From positions 2,912,001 through 2,976,000 of the forward strand of contig OZ255836.1 of assembly GCA_965277715.1 (NCBI GenBank): DNA of 64,000 nucleotides, written 5' to 3'. Below the pieces are notes generated by a model that did no database searches, was not told the origin of the DNA, and was given only the letters and a program-made list of their open reading frames with translations. Position 1 is the stretch's first letter; every line of letters starts with the position of its first letter. Shown here piece after piece: positions 22,343 to 34,278 of this stretch. A program made the position numbers and the translations under genes. The stretch comes from Gammaproteobacteria bacterium (GTDB lineage: Bacteria; Pseudomonadota; Gammaproteobacteria; JBCCGL01).

Positions 22343-23641
22343 ATGAGTGATCCATTATTTACGGATAATTTCAAACAACTGCCTTACTGGTGGGAACACG
22401 CGCCGAGACCACAGATTGAAGTTACCGACCTGCCAGGCAATGTGGATGTTGCCATTATTGGTTCTGGCTACACCGGCTTATGTGCGGGCATTCAAACCGC
22501 CCGTGCAGGGCGCAGCACACTGATACTCGATGCTGAAGATGCAGGCTGGGGATGTAGCTCGCGCAATGGCGGGCAGGTTAGCACCAGCTTTAAGCCCAGC
22601 GTTGAACAGCTAAGCAAACAATACGGCACAGAAAAGGCCGTGCAGATTCTGCGCGAAGGCCACAACGCGCTCGCCTGGATCAGCGACTTTGTTACGCAGG
22701 AAGGAATCGAATGTGATTTTCATCAGGCGGGTCGTTTTCATGCCGCTCACAACCCCCGGCAATACCAGGCGTTGGCACGGCGCTGTGAACACCAGCCCAA
22801 AGGGTTGGAGGTCGACAGTTACATGGTGCCACGTGCGCAGCAGCACAATGAGATCGATACCGATAGATACCACGGCGGTATCGTCTTTACCCAGCACGCC
22901 TCGCTACACCCTGGCAAATACCACCTGGGTTTACTGGCGCGGGCGCAGGCCGCCGGGGCGTGTATCGCCCCACACAGCAAAGTCGACAATATCGAGCGCG
23001 ATGGCGCGGGGTTTGTTCTGCACACCGCACGCGGCAGAGTCAACGCACGCGATGTAGTGCTCGCAACCAGTGGTTACACCGGCGCGCTAACCCCCTGGCA
23101 ACAGCGACGTATCATCCCCATCGGCAGTTACGTGATCGCTACCGAAACACTGGACGTATCACAGGTTGAGCAATTGCTACCCGGTAATCGCGTGTACTCT
23201 GATACCCGCAAGCTGGTTGTCTACTACCGCGCCTCACCTGATCGCAGGCACATTGTTTTTGGTGGTCGGGTGAGTATCCAGGAGACCGACCCACGTACAA
23301 CGGCACCCCACCTGCACCGCGAGATGGTGCGTATCCTGCCCGCGTTGAAGTCGACAAAAATCAGCCACTCGTGGATGGGGTTTGTTGGCTATACCTTCGA
23401 CAGCATGCCCCATATTGGCCAACACCAGGGTGTGTATTACGCGATGGGGTATTGCGGCTCCGGGGTTTCGCTGGCGAGTTATTTTGGTACGCGCCTGGGG
23501 CAAAAGGTTATTGGCATAAAAGCAGGCGAGACGGGGTTGGATAGCACGCGTTTTCAAACGCGCCCGTACTACTATGGCAAACCGTGGTTTTTAGCGCCGT
23601 CGATTCATTATTATCGATTGCGGGATCGTGTGGGTATTTGA
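22343..23641 (+). CDS. DAO-family FAD-dependent oxidoreductase (PuuB-like)
   Basis: IIGSGYTGL, GCSSRNGG, GYCGSGV. Confidence 0.85.
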   Translation: MSDPLFTDNFKQLPYWWEHAPRPQIEVTDLPGNVDVAIIGSGYTGLCAGIQTARAGRSTLILDAEDAGWGCSSRNGGQVSTSFKPSVEQLSKQYGTEKAVQILREGHNALAWISDFVTQEGIECDFHQAGRFHAAHNPRQYQALARRCEHQPKGLEVDSYMVPRAQQHNEIDTDRYHGGIVFTQHASLHPGKYHLGLLARAQAAGACIAPHSKVDNIERDGAGFVLHTARGRVNARDVVLATSGYTGALTPWQQRRIIPIGSYVIATETLDVSQVEQLLPGNRVYSDTRKLVVYYRASPDRRHIVFGGRVSIQETDPRTTAPHLHREMVRILPALKSTKISHSWMGFVGYTFDSMPHIGQHQGVYYAMGYCGSGVSLASYFGTRLGQKVIGIKAGETGLDSTRFQTRPYYYGKPWFLAPSIHYYRLRDRVGI

Positions 23642-23666
23642 GCAGATTTTGTTTTCTGCTGACTGG

Positions 23667-24548
23667 TTAAGGCAGAAAACGGATGATTTGTGCATCACTT
23701 TGAAATGCCGGTGGTAGCGGTTCATTAGTCTCTGTCGCTTCCTCTGCATCAGTTTTTCTGGCAAAGTGGTCAAAGTCGTAAAGTGTTTGGTCCATTAAAT
23801 GTGAGGGCGCCACGTTTTGCATGGCACCAAAAATACTCTCGACTCTACCGGGGAACTGTTTTTCCCAATCACTCAGCATTTTCTTCATCGCCACGCGTTG
23901 TAAATGACTCTGGCTGCCACACAGGTTACACGGAATAATCGGGTATTGTTTCCACTTCGCGTAGGCGGCAATATCGCGCTCTTTGCAGTACGCCAGTGGC
24001 CGGATAACCACATGCTTGCCATCATCGCTGCGCAACTTGGGTGGCATTGTTTTCAGCTTCCCGCCGTGGAATAAATTCATAAAAAAGGTTTCCATAATAT
24101 CGTCACGGTGATGACCGAGCGCAATCTTGTTAAAACCTTCCTGCTCAGCAAACGTATACAGCGATCCACGGCGCAACCGCGAACACAAACCGCACATCGT
24201 TTTACCCTCTGGAATCACCCGCTTGACCACGCTGTAAGTATCCTGCTCCAGAACATGAAACGGCACGCCGAGGTCACTCAGGTACTGCGGCAAAACATGC
24301 TCAGGAAAATCGGGTTGCTTTTGATCGAGATTAACCGCCACCAGCTCAAAACGGACAGGGGCGCTGGTTTGCAGACTAATAAGCACATCCAGCAGCGTAT
24401 ACGAATCCTTACCGCCAGACAGACAGACCATCACCCTATCCCCGTCCTGGATCATATTAAACGCTTCAATCGCCTTACCGGTCTGCCGCCGCAGGCGCTT
24501 TTGCAGCTTATTCGTCTGTACACTGGTTTTGATAGGGGCTACTTGCAC
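23667..24548 (-). CDS. ttcA: tRNA 2-thiocytidine(32) synthetase
   Basis: SGGKDS PP-loop, [17 protein letters not shown]. Confidence 0.95.
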   Translation of the reverse strand: MQVAPIKTSVQTNKLQKRLRRQTGKAIEAFNMIQDGDRVMVCLSGGKDSYTLLDVLISLQTSAPVRFELVAVNLDQKQPDFPEHVLPQYLSDLGVPFHVLEQDTYSVVKRVIPEGKTMCGLCSRLRRGSLYTFAEQEGFNKIALGHHRDDIMETFFMNLFHGGKLKTMPPKLRSDDGKHVVIRPLAYCKERDIAAYAKWKQYPIIPCNLCGSQSHLQRVAMKKMLSDWEKQFPGRVESIFGAMQNVAPSHLMDQTLYDFDHFARKTDAEEATETNEPLPPAFQSDAQIIRFLP

Positions 24549-24611
24549 GGGATCAGATCTGTACCTAGGTGGCGCGATTATACGGAAAAACAAGACGCGA
24601 ACAGGCACTTA

Positions 24612-24669
24612 AACCTAAATTCCGCAGTTGAATCGTAGCGAGGGCGTCTAAGGTGCTGAAGATTAGGTT
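24612..24669 (+). mobile_element. MITE family A, internally deleted copy
   Basis: Nearly identical to the first ~52 bp of the 16335 copy, then taggtt terminus. Confidence 0.8.
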
Positions 24670-24900
24670 AAAGCCTTTAGTGTGCATAGAAGAAGCTGAC
24701 AGGAATACCTTTACACCACGAGCGAAGCCTCTACAGCTCTTCTCAACACAAAACACGCCACAAAACCCTCACACGCCCTCAAATTTACGTTAAAGTACTC
24801 GGCTTTTCGACCTTAAACCTAAACCAAATACATTAGGTATTCACAATAACCCTAACGAACTTATTGTGGTTAAAAACCACTGATCGCCAGCAGGATCCCC

Positions 24901-27738
24901 GTGAGCAACTACAAAGATACACTAAACTTGCCCAGCACCGCCTTCCCCATGAAGGCCAACCTAGCCCAACGCGAACCAGACACACTGCGTGGCTGGAATG
25001 CCTGCGACATTTACCAGCGCATGCGCACAGCGGCGGCAGGCCGCGAAAAATTCGTCTTACACGATGGCCCTCCCTACGCCAACGGCACAATCCATATAGG
25101 CCACGCATTAAACAAAGTATTAAAAGACACCATCGTCAAATGCCGACAAATGGAAGGCTTCGACGCCCACTATATTCCCGGCTGGGACTGCCACGGCCTG
25201 CCCATCGAAAACCAGGTGGAAAAGAAAAGTGGCAAGCCCGGCATTAAAATCGATGAGGCCAGCTTTCGCCAACAGTGCCGCGAATACGCGCAAAAACAAA
25301 TCGAAGGACAACGCGAGGACTTTAAACGCCTGGGTGTTTTCGGTGACTGGGACAACCCCTACCTGACAATGGCCTTCCAAAACGAGGCCGATACAATCCG
25401 CGCACTGGCACAGATTGTCAGCAAAGGGCACGTATACAAGGGTACTAAACCTGTATATTGGAGCGTCGGTGCACACTCGGCACTGGCAGAAGCCGAGGTG
25501 GAATATCACGACAAAAAATCACTCTCCATCGATGTGCGCTTCACCCCACAAGACCCCGCCGCCCTGGCCCGTTTATTTGATACCGCGCCAAGCTGTCCCG
25601 TATCGGTGGTTATCTGGACGACCACGCCCTGGACACTGCCCGGCAATCAGGCAGTGGCGGTCAACCCTGAGCTGCGCTACGCATTGGTACAGTGCGAATT
25701 GGGCGCGGGCGCGGAGTGCATTGTTATCGCCGAGGCGATGGTCGAATCGGTGATGCAGCGCTACGGCGTTGAAGCGCACCAGGTATTGGGTACCTGCAGT
25801 GGTGCCGATCTTGAACACACTGTGCTGAAACACCCGTTTTATTCGCGTGATTCGCTTATGGTGATGGGTGATTACGTCACCACCGAGGCGGGCACCGGCT
25901 GTGTACACACGGCCCCGGATCACGGTGTTGACGATTTTAATACCGGTAAAAAATACGCGCTGGAATTACTCAACCCGGTCGACAGCAATGGCGTTTACGA
26001 AGCCCATATCGACCTGTTTGCCGGTGAGCACGTACACAAGGTCGACCAGCATATGCTGTCGGTGCTTGAGGCGCATGGTGCGCTGGTACACCAGGCATTA
26101 CTGACCCACAGCTACCCGTTTTGCTGGCGCACCAAAACCCCGATTATCTTTCGCGCCACGCCCCAGTGGTTTATCAGTATGGATACCCAAAACCTGCGCA
26201 CTGAAACACTCGCCGAGATTCGCAAAGTGCGCTGGGTTCCCACTTGGGGCCAGGCGCGTATCGAGGGTATGATCGAAAACCGGCCCGACTGGTGTATCTC
26301 CCGCCAGCGCTACTGGGGCATCCCGATTCCGTTTTTTGTGCACAAAGAAACCGGTGAATTACACCCGGATACAGCGTCGATTATGGAAACAGTGGCCCAA
26401 CACGTCGAGAAAGCCGGTATCCAGGCATGGTTTGATCTCGATGCGCACACGCTGATTGGCGACGATGCCAGCCAGTACGACAAATCCCACGATGTGCTGG
26501 ATGTGTGGTTTGACTCCGGCACCACCTGGTCACACGTGCTGCTGCCACGCGCACAGCAAACCTACCCGGCCGATATGTACCTGGAAGGTTCAGACCAGCA
26601 CCGTGGCTGGTTTCACTCCTCGATTCTTACCAGCGTGGCGATCAACAGCCAAGCCCCGTATAAGCAAGTGCTGACCCACGGCTATGTGGTCGACGGCAAG
26701 GGCCGCAAGATGTCTAAATCGGTGGGCAATGTCGTGGCGCCGCAAAAAGTCATCAATAACCTGGGCGCGGATATTATCCGTCTATGGGTATCCTCGACCG
26801 ATTACACCGGTGATGTCAGCGTCTCTGATGAGATTTTAAAGCGCACCGCCGATGTGTACCGCCGCATCCGCAATACCGCCCGCTTTCTGTTGGCCAATAT
26901 GGCGGGCTTCGACCCGCGCACCGACCTGCTGCCCGCAGAAGATATGCTGGCGCTGGATCGCTGGGCGGTCGACCAGGCGCGGCGCGTTCAGGAAACGGTG
27001 CGCGAGGCCTACCTCGACTACAACTTCCATCACGTTTACCAGCGTGTACACAACTTCTGTTCGGTGGAAATGGGTGGGTTTTACCTCGATATTATCAAAG
27101 ACCGGCAGTACACCACCCAGCACGATAGCGTGGCCCGCCGCTCCACACAAAGCGCGATGTTTCATATCATCCACGCGCTGGTGCGCTGGGTGGCGCCGGT
27201 ATTGAGTTTCACCGCCGAAGAGCTGTGGCGGCATATCCCCGGTAATAATGACTCACAGGATCCGCACGGTGATTCAGTGTTTTTGCACACCTGGTACACC
27301 GGGCTGTTCGCTTTGAATGATAACGACACGCTCAGCGCGGCGGAGTGGGATACCATAATCGAGATACGCGTGGCCGTGGCCAGGCAACTGGAGGCATTGC
27401 GTGTAGCCGGTGATATTGGCTCCTCGCTGGATGCCAATGTCACCCTTTACTGTGATGGCCCCCTGCAAAACACCCTGGCCAGGCTCGGCGATGAGCTGCG
27501 CTTTGTGTTAATCACCTCAGAGGCCCACCTGGCAGATACCGCAGACAAGGGCGATGCGCAGGCCGCCGAAACAGAACACCACACGCTGTGGATCGACGCA
27601 CGCACCAGCGGACACGCCAAGTGTGATCGCTGCTGGCACCATCGCGCCGATGTTGGCGCGCACAGCGTACACCCCACATTGTGTGGTCGCTGTGTGAGTA
27701 ATGTCGATGGTGACGGTGAGCAGCGCCGCTTTGCCTGA
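24901..27738 (+). CDS. ileS: Isoleucyl-tRNA synthetase
   Basis: [21 protein letters not shown]-terminal zinc finger. Confidence 0.98.
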   Translation: MSNYKDTLNLPSTAFPMKANLAQREPDTLRGWNACDIYQRMRTAAAGREKFVLHDGPPYANGTIHIGHALNKVLKDTIVKCRQMEGFDAHYIPGWDCHGLPIENQVEKKSGKPGIKIDEASFRQQCREYAQKQIEGQREDFKRLGVFGDWDNPYLTMAFQNEADTIRALAQIVSKGHVYKGTKPVYWSVGAHSALAEAEVEYHDKKSLSIDVRFTPQDPAALARLFDTAPSCPVSVVIWTTTPWTLPGNQAVAVNPELRYALVQCELGAGAECIVIAEAMVESVMQRYGVEAHQVLGTCSGADLEHTVLKHPFYSRDSLMVMGDYVTTEAGTGCVHTAPDHGVDDFNTGKKYALELLNPVDSNGVYEAHIDLFAGEHVHKVDQHMLSVLEAHGALVHQALLTHSYPFCWRTKTPIIFRATPQWFISMDTQNLRTETLAEIRKVRWVPTWGQARIEGMIENRPDWCISRQRYWGIPIPFFVHKETGELHPDTASIMETVAQHVEKAGIQAWFDLDAHTLIGDDASQYDKSHDVLDVWFDSGTTWSHVLLPRAQQTYPADMYLEGSDQHRGWFHSSILTSVAINSQAPYKQVLTHGYVVDGKGRKMSKSVGNVVAPQKVINNLGADIIRLWVSSTDYTGDVSVSDEILKRTADVYRRIRNTARFLLANMAGFDPRTDLLPAEDMLALDRWAVDQARRVQETVREAYLDYNFHHVYQRVHNFCSVEMGGFYLDIIKDRQYTTQHDSVARRSTQSAMFHIIHALVRWVAPVLSFTAEELWRHIPGNNDSQDPHGDSVFLHTWYTGLFALNDNDTLSAAEWDTIIEIRVAVARQLEALRVAGDIGSSLDANVTLYCDGPLQNTLARLGDELRFVLITSEAHLADTADKGDAQAAETEHHTLWIDARTSGHAKCDRCWHHRADVGAHSVHPTLCGRCVSNVDGDGEQRRFA

Positions 27739-28372
27739 TATACACAAAACAAACCAGCCGTTTAAGGGGGCCGGAAAACTACAGCACTGGCTGGCGCTCA
27801 GTGTGCTATTACTAATCGCCGACCAGCTCAGTAAAACCTACGCCAATACCACATTAGTACTCTACCAGCCGGTAGCTGTGTTCCCTGGGTTAAACGCCAC
27901 GCTGGCCTATAACCCCGGTGCGGCATTCAGTTTTTTGAGCGATGCAGGAGGCTGGCAACGCTGGTTTTTTACCATCTTGAGTGCAGTGGTTAGCGTGGTG
28001 TTAATTATTTGGCTAAAGCGCTTGTGTGCAGCAACACACAGCCCACAAAATAACGCCTCGCGCCTGCTGGCCTGCGCCCTGGCATTCATTCTCAGTGGTG
28101 CAGTCGGCAACCTGGTCGATAGGGTGATTTATGGCTACGTTATCGATTTTATTCAGGTTTATTACAGCGCCGATAGCTGCTTTATTGGATTTAGCGGCGT
28201 GCGCGGCCACTGTTATTGGCCAGCATTCAATATTGCCGATGCGGCTATCTCTGTTGGTGCTGCGCTATTAATTGTTCAATCCTTTTCTGCTGATAACCGG
28301 GCCGACAATCCGGTCGATAACCAGGCCAATGATGATACCGACAAAAAGCCCCCTACAAATCACCCTGGCTAA
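27731..28372 (+). CDS. lspA: Lipoprotein signal peptidase II
   Basis: [25 protein letters not shown]. Confidence 0.95.
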   Translation: MPDIHKTNQPFKGAGKLQHWLALSVLLLIADQLSKTYANTTLVLYQPVAVFPGLNATLAYNPGAAFSFLSDAGGWQRWFFTILSAVVSVVLIIWLKRLCAATHSPQNNASRLLACALAFILSGAVGNLVDRVIYGYVIDFIQVYYSADSCFIGFSGVRGHCYWPAFNIADAAISVGAALLIVQSFSADNRADNPVDNQANDDTDKKPPTNHPG

Positions 28373-29288
28373 CCCGCGTGGGTTTTGCGCTGGGGTCGAC
28401 CGCGCTATTGAAATTGTCGAGCGGGCGCTGAGCCTCTACGGCGCGCCGATCTATGTACGTCACGAAGTGGTGCACAACCGCTTTGTGGTCGACAACCTGC
28501 GCGACAAAGGCGCCCTATTCGTCAACGAACTGGATGAAGTGCCAGACGGCGCCACGGTTATCTTCAGCGCTCACGGGGTTTCACACGCCGTCGAGCAGGA
28601 GGCCAACCGGCGTGACCTGCACGTCTTCGATGCCACCTGCCCGCTGGTGACCAAAGTGCATATGGAAGTGGTGCGCTACTCCCGCGAGGGCCGCGAGGTG
28701 GTGATGATAGGCCACGCCGGGCACCCGGAGGTGGAAGGCACACTGGGCCGCTATGACACCCACAGGGGCGGGCGCATCATCCTGGTCGAATCGCCGCAGG
28801 ATGTCGCCACCCTGGTGGTAAAAGACCCGGATAAACTGGCATTTGTCTCGCAGACCACCTTATCCGTCGACGACACACAAACCATTATCGACGCCCTCAA
28901 ACAGCGCTTTCCGCGCATCAAAACCCCCAACAAAGAAGACATTTGCTACGCCACCCAAAACCGCCAGGATGCTGTCAAGGCGCTGGCGCACAAAGTCGAT
29001 TTACTGTTGGTAGTAGGCGCCGCCAACAGCTCCAACTCCAACCGCCTGCGCGAACTGGGCGAGCGCGGTGGCATCGAGTCTTACCTGATTAACAAGGCCG
29101 ATGACATTCAGGATCAGTGGCTACAGGGTAAGCGACACGTGGGCGTTACCGCCGGGGCATCGGCACCCGAGGTGTTGGTGCAGCAGGTTATTACACTGCT
29201 CATCGGGCGTGGGCATGCCGTAGTTACAGAAGCCTCGGGGGTTGAGGAAACGGTGTCGTTTAGCATTCCCAAAAAGCTTTTGCATTAG
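28329..29288 (+). CDS. ispH: 4-hydroxy-3-methylbut-2-enyl diphosphate reductase
   Basis: [29 protein letters not shown]. Confidence 0.97.
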   Translation: MMIPTKSPLQITLANPRGFCAGVDRAIEIVERALSLYGAPIYVRHEVVHNRFVVDNLRDKGALFVNELDEVPDGATVIFSAHGVSHAVEQEANRRDLHVFDATCPLVTKVHMEVVRYSREGREVVMIGHAGHPEVEGTLGRYDTHRGGRIILVESPQDVATLVVKDPDKLAFVSQTTLSVDDTQTIIDALKQRFPRIKTPNKEDICYATQNRQDAVKALAHKVDLLLVVGAANSSNSNRLRELGERGGIESYLINKADDIQDQWLQGKRHVGVTAGASAPEVLVQQVITLLIGRGHAVVTEASGVEETVSFSIPKKLLH

Positions 29289-29353
29289 CGTTCCAGGAAA
29301 ACCAGGAGAGGTTTATTTACAGTGTGTTAACAGCCATGAATAAACGACCACAA

Positions 29354-29363
29354 CTGTTCATAA
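29354..29363 (+). promoter_or_regulatory. Possible TorR box upstream of the TMAO transporter
   Basis: CTGTTCATAA, 9/10 match to the E. coli tor box CTGTTCATAT; single site only. Confidence 0.35.
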
Positions 29364-29484
29364 AATAACCACCCAGGTTTTTAATTGCTCCGTATACTCG
29401 GGCAGGTTACCGTGCAGGCTTCACTCTCTATTCGGTAATTTTTAATCCAACAAACAGTTACTTTTTACTGGAGGAAAAACATAG

Positions 29485-30435
29485 ATGAAAATATTAAAGC
29501 ACTTTAAAAACACAATAGCGGCAGGGTCTCTTGCTGTCGCTCTAGCTGCATCAGGCGCTGCCAAAGCGGCCGACAGCACGGCACCGATCATCATTCCGAT
29601 ACACAACTGGTCCAGCCAGATTGTCATGGCCTACGTTATTGGCGGCATGTTCGAGTCCATGGGCAATAACGTCGAGTACGTGCCTGCGGACTCTCAGGCT
29701 GTGTACGAATCGATTCGCAACAGCGACGTGACAATTTCGCACGAAGTCTGGCAGTCGACTTTCGGTAAATCGTTCTACAACGCTATGGCCAAGGGCGGTC
29801 TAATTGACGCCGGTACCCACGAAGCGAGCACGCTCGAAGAAATGGGTGTTCCAACCTGGGTAATCGAAAAAGGCCTGTGCCCTGGTCTGCCTAAGTGGGA
29901 AGCGCTGAAAGATTGCCATGCAAACTTCACCACCGCTGATTCAGGCGGCAAAGGCCGCTGGTTGGAAGGCCCGCAAAGCTGGCACGGCAACCTGATGCCA
30001 GAGCGGCTTGAAGCACTCGGCCTCGCTGACAAGTGGACCGTTAAATTCGCTGGTGGCGCCGATGCACTGTGGACCGAACTGGCCTCTGCCAAGAAAGAGG
30101 GGCGCGGTACGATTATCTTTAACTGGACCCCGAACTTCACCGATGCCGAAGGCTTCACCTTCATCGAGTTCCCTCCTTACACCGCCGGTTGCCGTAAGGT
30201 TGACGGTGGCGATGGCAGTTGCGGATCGCCTAAAGGCTGGTTGAAGAAAGCGGCGAACTACAAGTTCCCGAAAACGCATCCGGCGGCCTATACAGCTTTC
30301 TCACAACTGTCGTTCACGACCACACAAGTTGGCCAAATGGCCGCCTTGGTCGACATTGAAAAAATGGACCATAAGGATGCCGGCAAGAAGTGGCTGGCGG
30401 ACAACGAAGCTGTCTGGAAACCCTGGACTCAGTAA
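29485..30435 (+). CDS. tmoX: TMAO (betaine-type) ABC transporter substrate-binding protein, TmoX-like
   Basis: IIIPIHNWSSQIVM, DSQAVYESIR, CPGLP.W, FNWTPNF motifs recalled from Roseobacter/SAR11 TmoX. Confidence 0.8.
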   Translation: MKILKHFKNTIAAGSLAVALAASGAAKAADSTAPIIIPIHNWSSQIVMAYVIGGMFESMGNNVEYVPADSQAVYESIRNSDVTISHEVWQSTFGKSFYNAMAKGGLIDAGTHEASTLEEMGVPTWVIEKGLCPGLPKWEALKDCHANFTTADSGGKGRWLEGPQSWHGNLMPERLEALGLADKWTVKFAGGADALWTELASAKKEGRGTIIFNWTPNFTDAEGFTFIEFPPYTAGCRKVDGGDGSCGSPKGWLKKAANYKFPKTHPAAYTAFSQLSFTTTQVGQMAALVDIEKMDHKDAGKKWLADNEAVWKPWTQ

Positions 30436-30462
30436 GCTGGCGGTAGATAAAAGCTGGAAACG

Positions 30463-30507
30463 AAAGCCCTCCTGGTGTTCAGTATCAAACCAGGGGGGCT
30501 TTTTTTT
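30463..30507 (+). terminator. Rho-independent terminator after tmoX
   Basis: aagccctcctggt...accaggggggct followed by a T tract. Confidence 0.8.
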
Positions 30508-30579
30508 GGAAGCGATAAGGTATTTGCCCGCCTAAATGTGGTAGTTTTATAAGCTAATAACTAGATCAAGAAGTTAAAT

Positions 30580-31656
30580 ATGTCTTCACCATCTACAACA
30601 GCACCTGCAAATGAGCCGGTCATCCGTTGCGAATCGGTCTACATGATTTTTGGCGATAATGCGCACAGTATGCTGAAACAGGCCAATGGTGTCGTCGACG
30701 CCGCCAGATTCCAGGAAGCTGGATGCATTGTCGGGGTCAACAATGCCTCGTTCGAGGTGCACAAGGGCGAACTGCTGATCATTATGGGCTTGTCGGGTTC
30801 CGGCAAGTCGACACTGATGCGCTGCATTTCCCGGCTGAGCGAGGCGACCGCCGGGGAAATCTACATAGAAGGTGAAAATATTCTGGAGATGAATGACAAG
30901 GAGCTGATCAACTTGCGCCGCAGCAAGATGGGCATGGTGTTTCAGAGTTTCGCGCTCCTGCCCCACAAAACCGTACTGGAAAACATCGCCTTCCCATTGC
31001 AGGTCAAGGGCGTTAGTACTAAGGACAGCATAGCTCGGGCCAAGGAAATGGTGGACCTGGTGAGCCTCACCGGCCGCGAAAATTATTTCCCACGGCAGCT
31101 ATCAGGCGGCCAGCAACAGCGCGTCGGCATCGCCCGCTCGCTCGCGATTGAACCCGATATATGGTTTCTCGACGAGCCTTTTTCCGCGCTCGACCCGCTG
31201 ATCCGCAAGGAGATGCAGGATGAGTTCCTGCGGCTGCAGGGTGTTCTCGGCAAAACCATTTTATTTGTAACCCATGACTTTGACGAAGCCCTGCGCCTCG
31301 CCGACCGCATCGCGATCATGAAGGATGGCGTTATCGAGCAACTCGATACACCGGCCAATATCGTTCTCAACCCGGCCACCGAATACGTGCGCAAATTCAC
31401 CGAGGACGTACCGAGGGAAAAAGTGCTTAAGATTGAATCGGTGATGGACCCCTTCGACCCCAATGAGGACTTCAGTGATTTAAAGATTTCAAAAGACGCC
31501 ATTATCGAAACCGTGGCCGAAGTTATTCTGAGTGCCAACAAAGCCGTTGTGGTTGTCGATGACGCGGGCGAGACCGTGGGCTCATTGCATGCCTCCAAGG
31601 TGATTAGCATCCTGTTTGGCGGCCGTTCCGGTCACACCACCGGGCAAGCGTTATGA
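30580..31656 (+). CDS. tmoW: Betaine/TMAO ABC transporter ATP-binding subunit (TmoW/ProV-like)
   Basis: GLSGSGKS, LSGGQQQR, DEPFSALDPLIR. Confidence 0.8.
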   Translation: MSSPSTTAPANEPVIRCESVYMIFGDNAHSMLKQANGVVDAARFQEAGCIVGVNNASFEVHKGELLIIMGLSGSGKSTLMRCISRLSEATAGEIYIEGENILEMNDKELINLRRSKMGMVFQSFALLPHKTVLENIAFPLQVKGVSTKDSIARAKEMVDLVSLTGRENYFPRQLSGGQQQRVGIARSLAIEPDIWFLDEPFSALDPLIRKEMQDEFLRLQGVLGKTILFVTHDFDEALRLADRIAIMKDGVIEQLDTPANIVLNPATEYVRKFTEDVPREKVLKIESVMDPFDPNEDFSDLKISKDAIIETVAEVILSANKAVVVVDDAGETVGSLHASKVISILFGGRSGHTTGQAL

Positions 31657-33713
31657 TCGAAGCACTCCGACAAAAGAAATACCTGCAGTTTGCACTGCTG
31701 TTAATTGTATTTATTGTACTGTGCATCAGCATTGCCCCGTCGGATAGCAATTACCTTTGGCGCCTGCCTCCGTTGCTCAAGGGGCTTCCGCTCATTATCA
31801 ACGATTCGGTCAACTACGTTTTGTACGATTGGTGGTTAATCGATGTCTGGGATCCAGATATTGAGGAATACGAACAAAAGCCGCTGATGAACCAGCTCAC
31901 CCGCTCAGCCTCGGGTGTAATTCTGTTCCTTATCGAGTTTATTCGCGAAATCATGTTGGGTGGCGTGAAGACGATTGTCACCTTCACGAGTTGGGATTGG
32001 GCCACAGCGAACCCCTGGGCGCGCTGGCCGGCGTTGCCGTGGACCGTGGTTGCCGGGGGCGCCATCATTCTCGGCTATGCACTGAATGGACTGCGGCTGG
32101 CCATCTTTGTCGGTTTCACATTCGCTTACATCGCGATTTTCGGGCAGTGGGAACCGTCGATGCAAACACTGTCCTTCGTATTAATTGCCGCGCCCATCTC
32201 GGTGTTGCTCGGCCTTATTTTGGGTGTCTGGGCCTTTAAAAGTAAGCTTGTGGAAAGTGTACTGAACCCATTGCTCAACGTGGCGCAAATCATGCCGGCC
32301 TTTTCCTATCTGATCCCGGTGATGGTATTTTTTGGTATCGGCGACCATGCGGGCGCAATTGCCACAGTCATTTTTGCAACGCCACCAATGGTGCGCCTGA
32401 CCGTACTGGGCCTGAAAAAACTGCCCCCCGAGATCGGTGAAGCGGGCATGATGTGCGGCTGCACTAACTGGCAATTGTTGCTCAAAGTGCTGATTCCGAC
32501 AGCCCGGCGGGATATTCTCATTGGGGTTAACCAGGTCATCATGCAATGCCTGGCGATGGTGGTCATTGCCTCGCTGATCGGCGCCAAGGGGCTGGGTAAC
32601 GATTTGTTAATTGCGCTCAACCAACTGAGGATCGGCCTGGCGCTGGAAATCGGTGTCTGTATCGTTCTAATCGCGATTGTGCTGGACCGGATGTCACTCG
32701 CCTGGGCCAATAAGCAGGTCGATTACTTCGCCAACTTATCGTTTATCGAACGGCATAAGTTTGCGCTGATTTTCGCTGTCGTTTTTGTCGTCGGCATCAT
32801 TCTCGCCGTTATTGGTTCGTTTATTTTCAAGGAGGGCTTCAATTACCTCAACCTGATTCCGCATAACAAAGGTCTCACCACACAGGATTTCTGGCAGGCC
32901 GCCGTCGACTGGGTCTGGGATACCTTTTTTTACACGCTCAAGGGGTTTAATGAGTGGTTGATCATCGGTGTGCTGGTGCCAGTCAAGACCGCCTATCTCG
33001 GTATGCCGGTTGTCGCGACCTTCGTGCTGGCAATGGGCACTGGGTATATTGTCGGTGGCATACGGGTTGCGCTAAGCGTGGGTGGATTTCTGCTGTTTAT
33101 CGCGCTGACCGAGTGGTGGGATAGGGCGCTGATCACCGCCTACCTGATGACCTTAGCCGTTCTGATATCGACCACCATCGGCATCATTACCGGAACCCTG
33201 TGCGCTCAACACCCGGTCACGACCCGCATTATGTTGACGATTTGCGATACCTTTCAGACCTTTCCGTCGTTTATCTACCTGATTCCGGTAATGATGCTGT
33301 TCGGCGTGACGGATACCTCGGTGCTGATTGCGATTGTCGTCTACGCCACCGTCCCGGCCACGCGCTATACGATCCAGGGCCTGTTAACCGTACCCCCATC
33401 GCTGCACGATGCCGGTGCGATGTCCGGCGTTAACCGCGTGCAACGCTATTTGTTCATTGAGCTGCCAATGTCATTCCCACATTTGGCGTTAGGGGTAAAT
33501 CAAACAGTCGTGTTTGCGCTGGCGATGGTCATTATTGGCGCCTTGATCGGCACCGACGATCTCGGCCAATTGATTCTCAAATCCCTGTCGGATAGAGCCG
33601 GTGTCGGCAACGGGCTGGTATTGGGTTTATGTGTTGCTTTTATTGGGTTGGCAATCGATCAGATATTGCGCACCTGGGCTGACCAGAGAAAGCAGGCCTT
33701 GGGGCTGAATTAA
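31653..33713 (+). CDS. tmoV: ABC transporter permease with two TM domains (TmoV-like)
   Basis: Two ProW-like repeats (PAFSYLIP / PSFIYLIP). Confidence 0.78.
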   Translation: MIEALRQKKYLQFALLLIVFIVLCISIAPSDSNYLWRLPPLLKGLPLIINDSVNYVLYDWWLIDVWDPDIEEYEQKPLMNQLTRSASGVILFLIEFIREIMLGGVKTIVTFTSWDWATANPWARWPALPWTVVAGGAIILGYALNGLRLAIFVGFTFAYIAIFGQWEPSMQTLSFVLIAAPISVLLGLILGVWAFKSKLVESVLNPLLNVAQIMPAFSYLIPVMVFFGIGDHAGAIATVIFATPPMVRLTVLGLKKLPPEIGEAGMMCGCTNWQLLLKVLIPTARRDILIGVNQVIMQCLAMVVIASLIGAKGLGNDLLIALNQLRIGLALEIGVCIVLIAIVLDRMSLAWANKQVDYFANLSFIERHKFALIFAVVFVVGIILAVIGSFIFKEGFNYLNLIPHNKGLTTQDFWQAAVDWVWDTFFYTLKGFNEWLIIGVLVPVKTAYLGMPVVATFVLAMGTGYIVGGIRVALSVGGFLLFIALTEWWDRALITAYLMTLAVLISTTIGIITGTLCAQHPVTTRIMLTICDTFQTFPSFIYLIPVMMLFGVTDTSVLIAIVVYATVPATRYTIQGLLTVPPSLHDAGAMSGVNRVQRYLFIELPMSFPHLALGVNQTVVFALAMVIIGALIGTDDLGQLILKSLSDRAGVGNGLVLGLCVAFIGLAIDQILRTWADQRKQALGLN

Positions 33714-34278
33714 GTGCATCGCTGGGCGCCTGTCCGGTTCAGTTTGCGCACTCGATATACGTCGGGCTATCTGACGATATGGCAACTGATCTCTGCATTA
33801 TTGGTGACCTTTCGCGACACACTGCCTAAAACGGGTGTTCGGCAGCGCAACTGTAAAGCGTCTTTTTATCACTTAATAGGGTTGGAATAGACTATGGCTT
33901 CAACCAGCCGCAATCATTGGCTGGATACCCCGCTCAATGTCTTTAAGGCTAAAGCCCGCCAGTACCACAAGCGCCAGGATAGCTGAGAACCCAAGCTCTC
34001 TCTCGGGTAAATATCGTCATCGGTGGCCGGGTATCGCGGCTTTTGATTATGCGGGCCAACTGCCAGGCGAGGTTTTTGGCGCCGAACAGGTCGCGGTTGA
34101 CCAACGCCAGCGGCTTGTCGGTCTGGCCGATACCGGCAGTCGCCCGGCCCTGCGCCTGCCAGTGGCGATAGCCTGTCACCATCGCCAGACCGGTCAGTAG
34201 AAAACCTATCAATGCGTGAAATAGCTGATTTTTTATTTTAAGCTTGGCTTACTCAAGCTTGTCAATGTTAAGAGAATA

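Noticed and set aside
33937-34212. Overlapping 87-aa ORFs between tmoV and the ureohydrolase
   Set aside because: No recognisable motifs; possibly a degraded membrane-protein gene, but unsupported.
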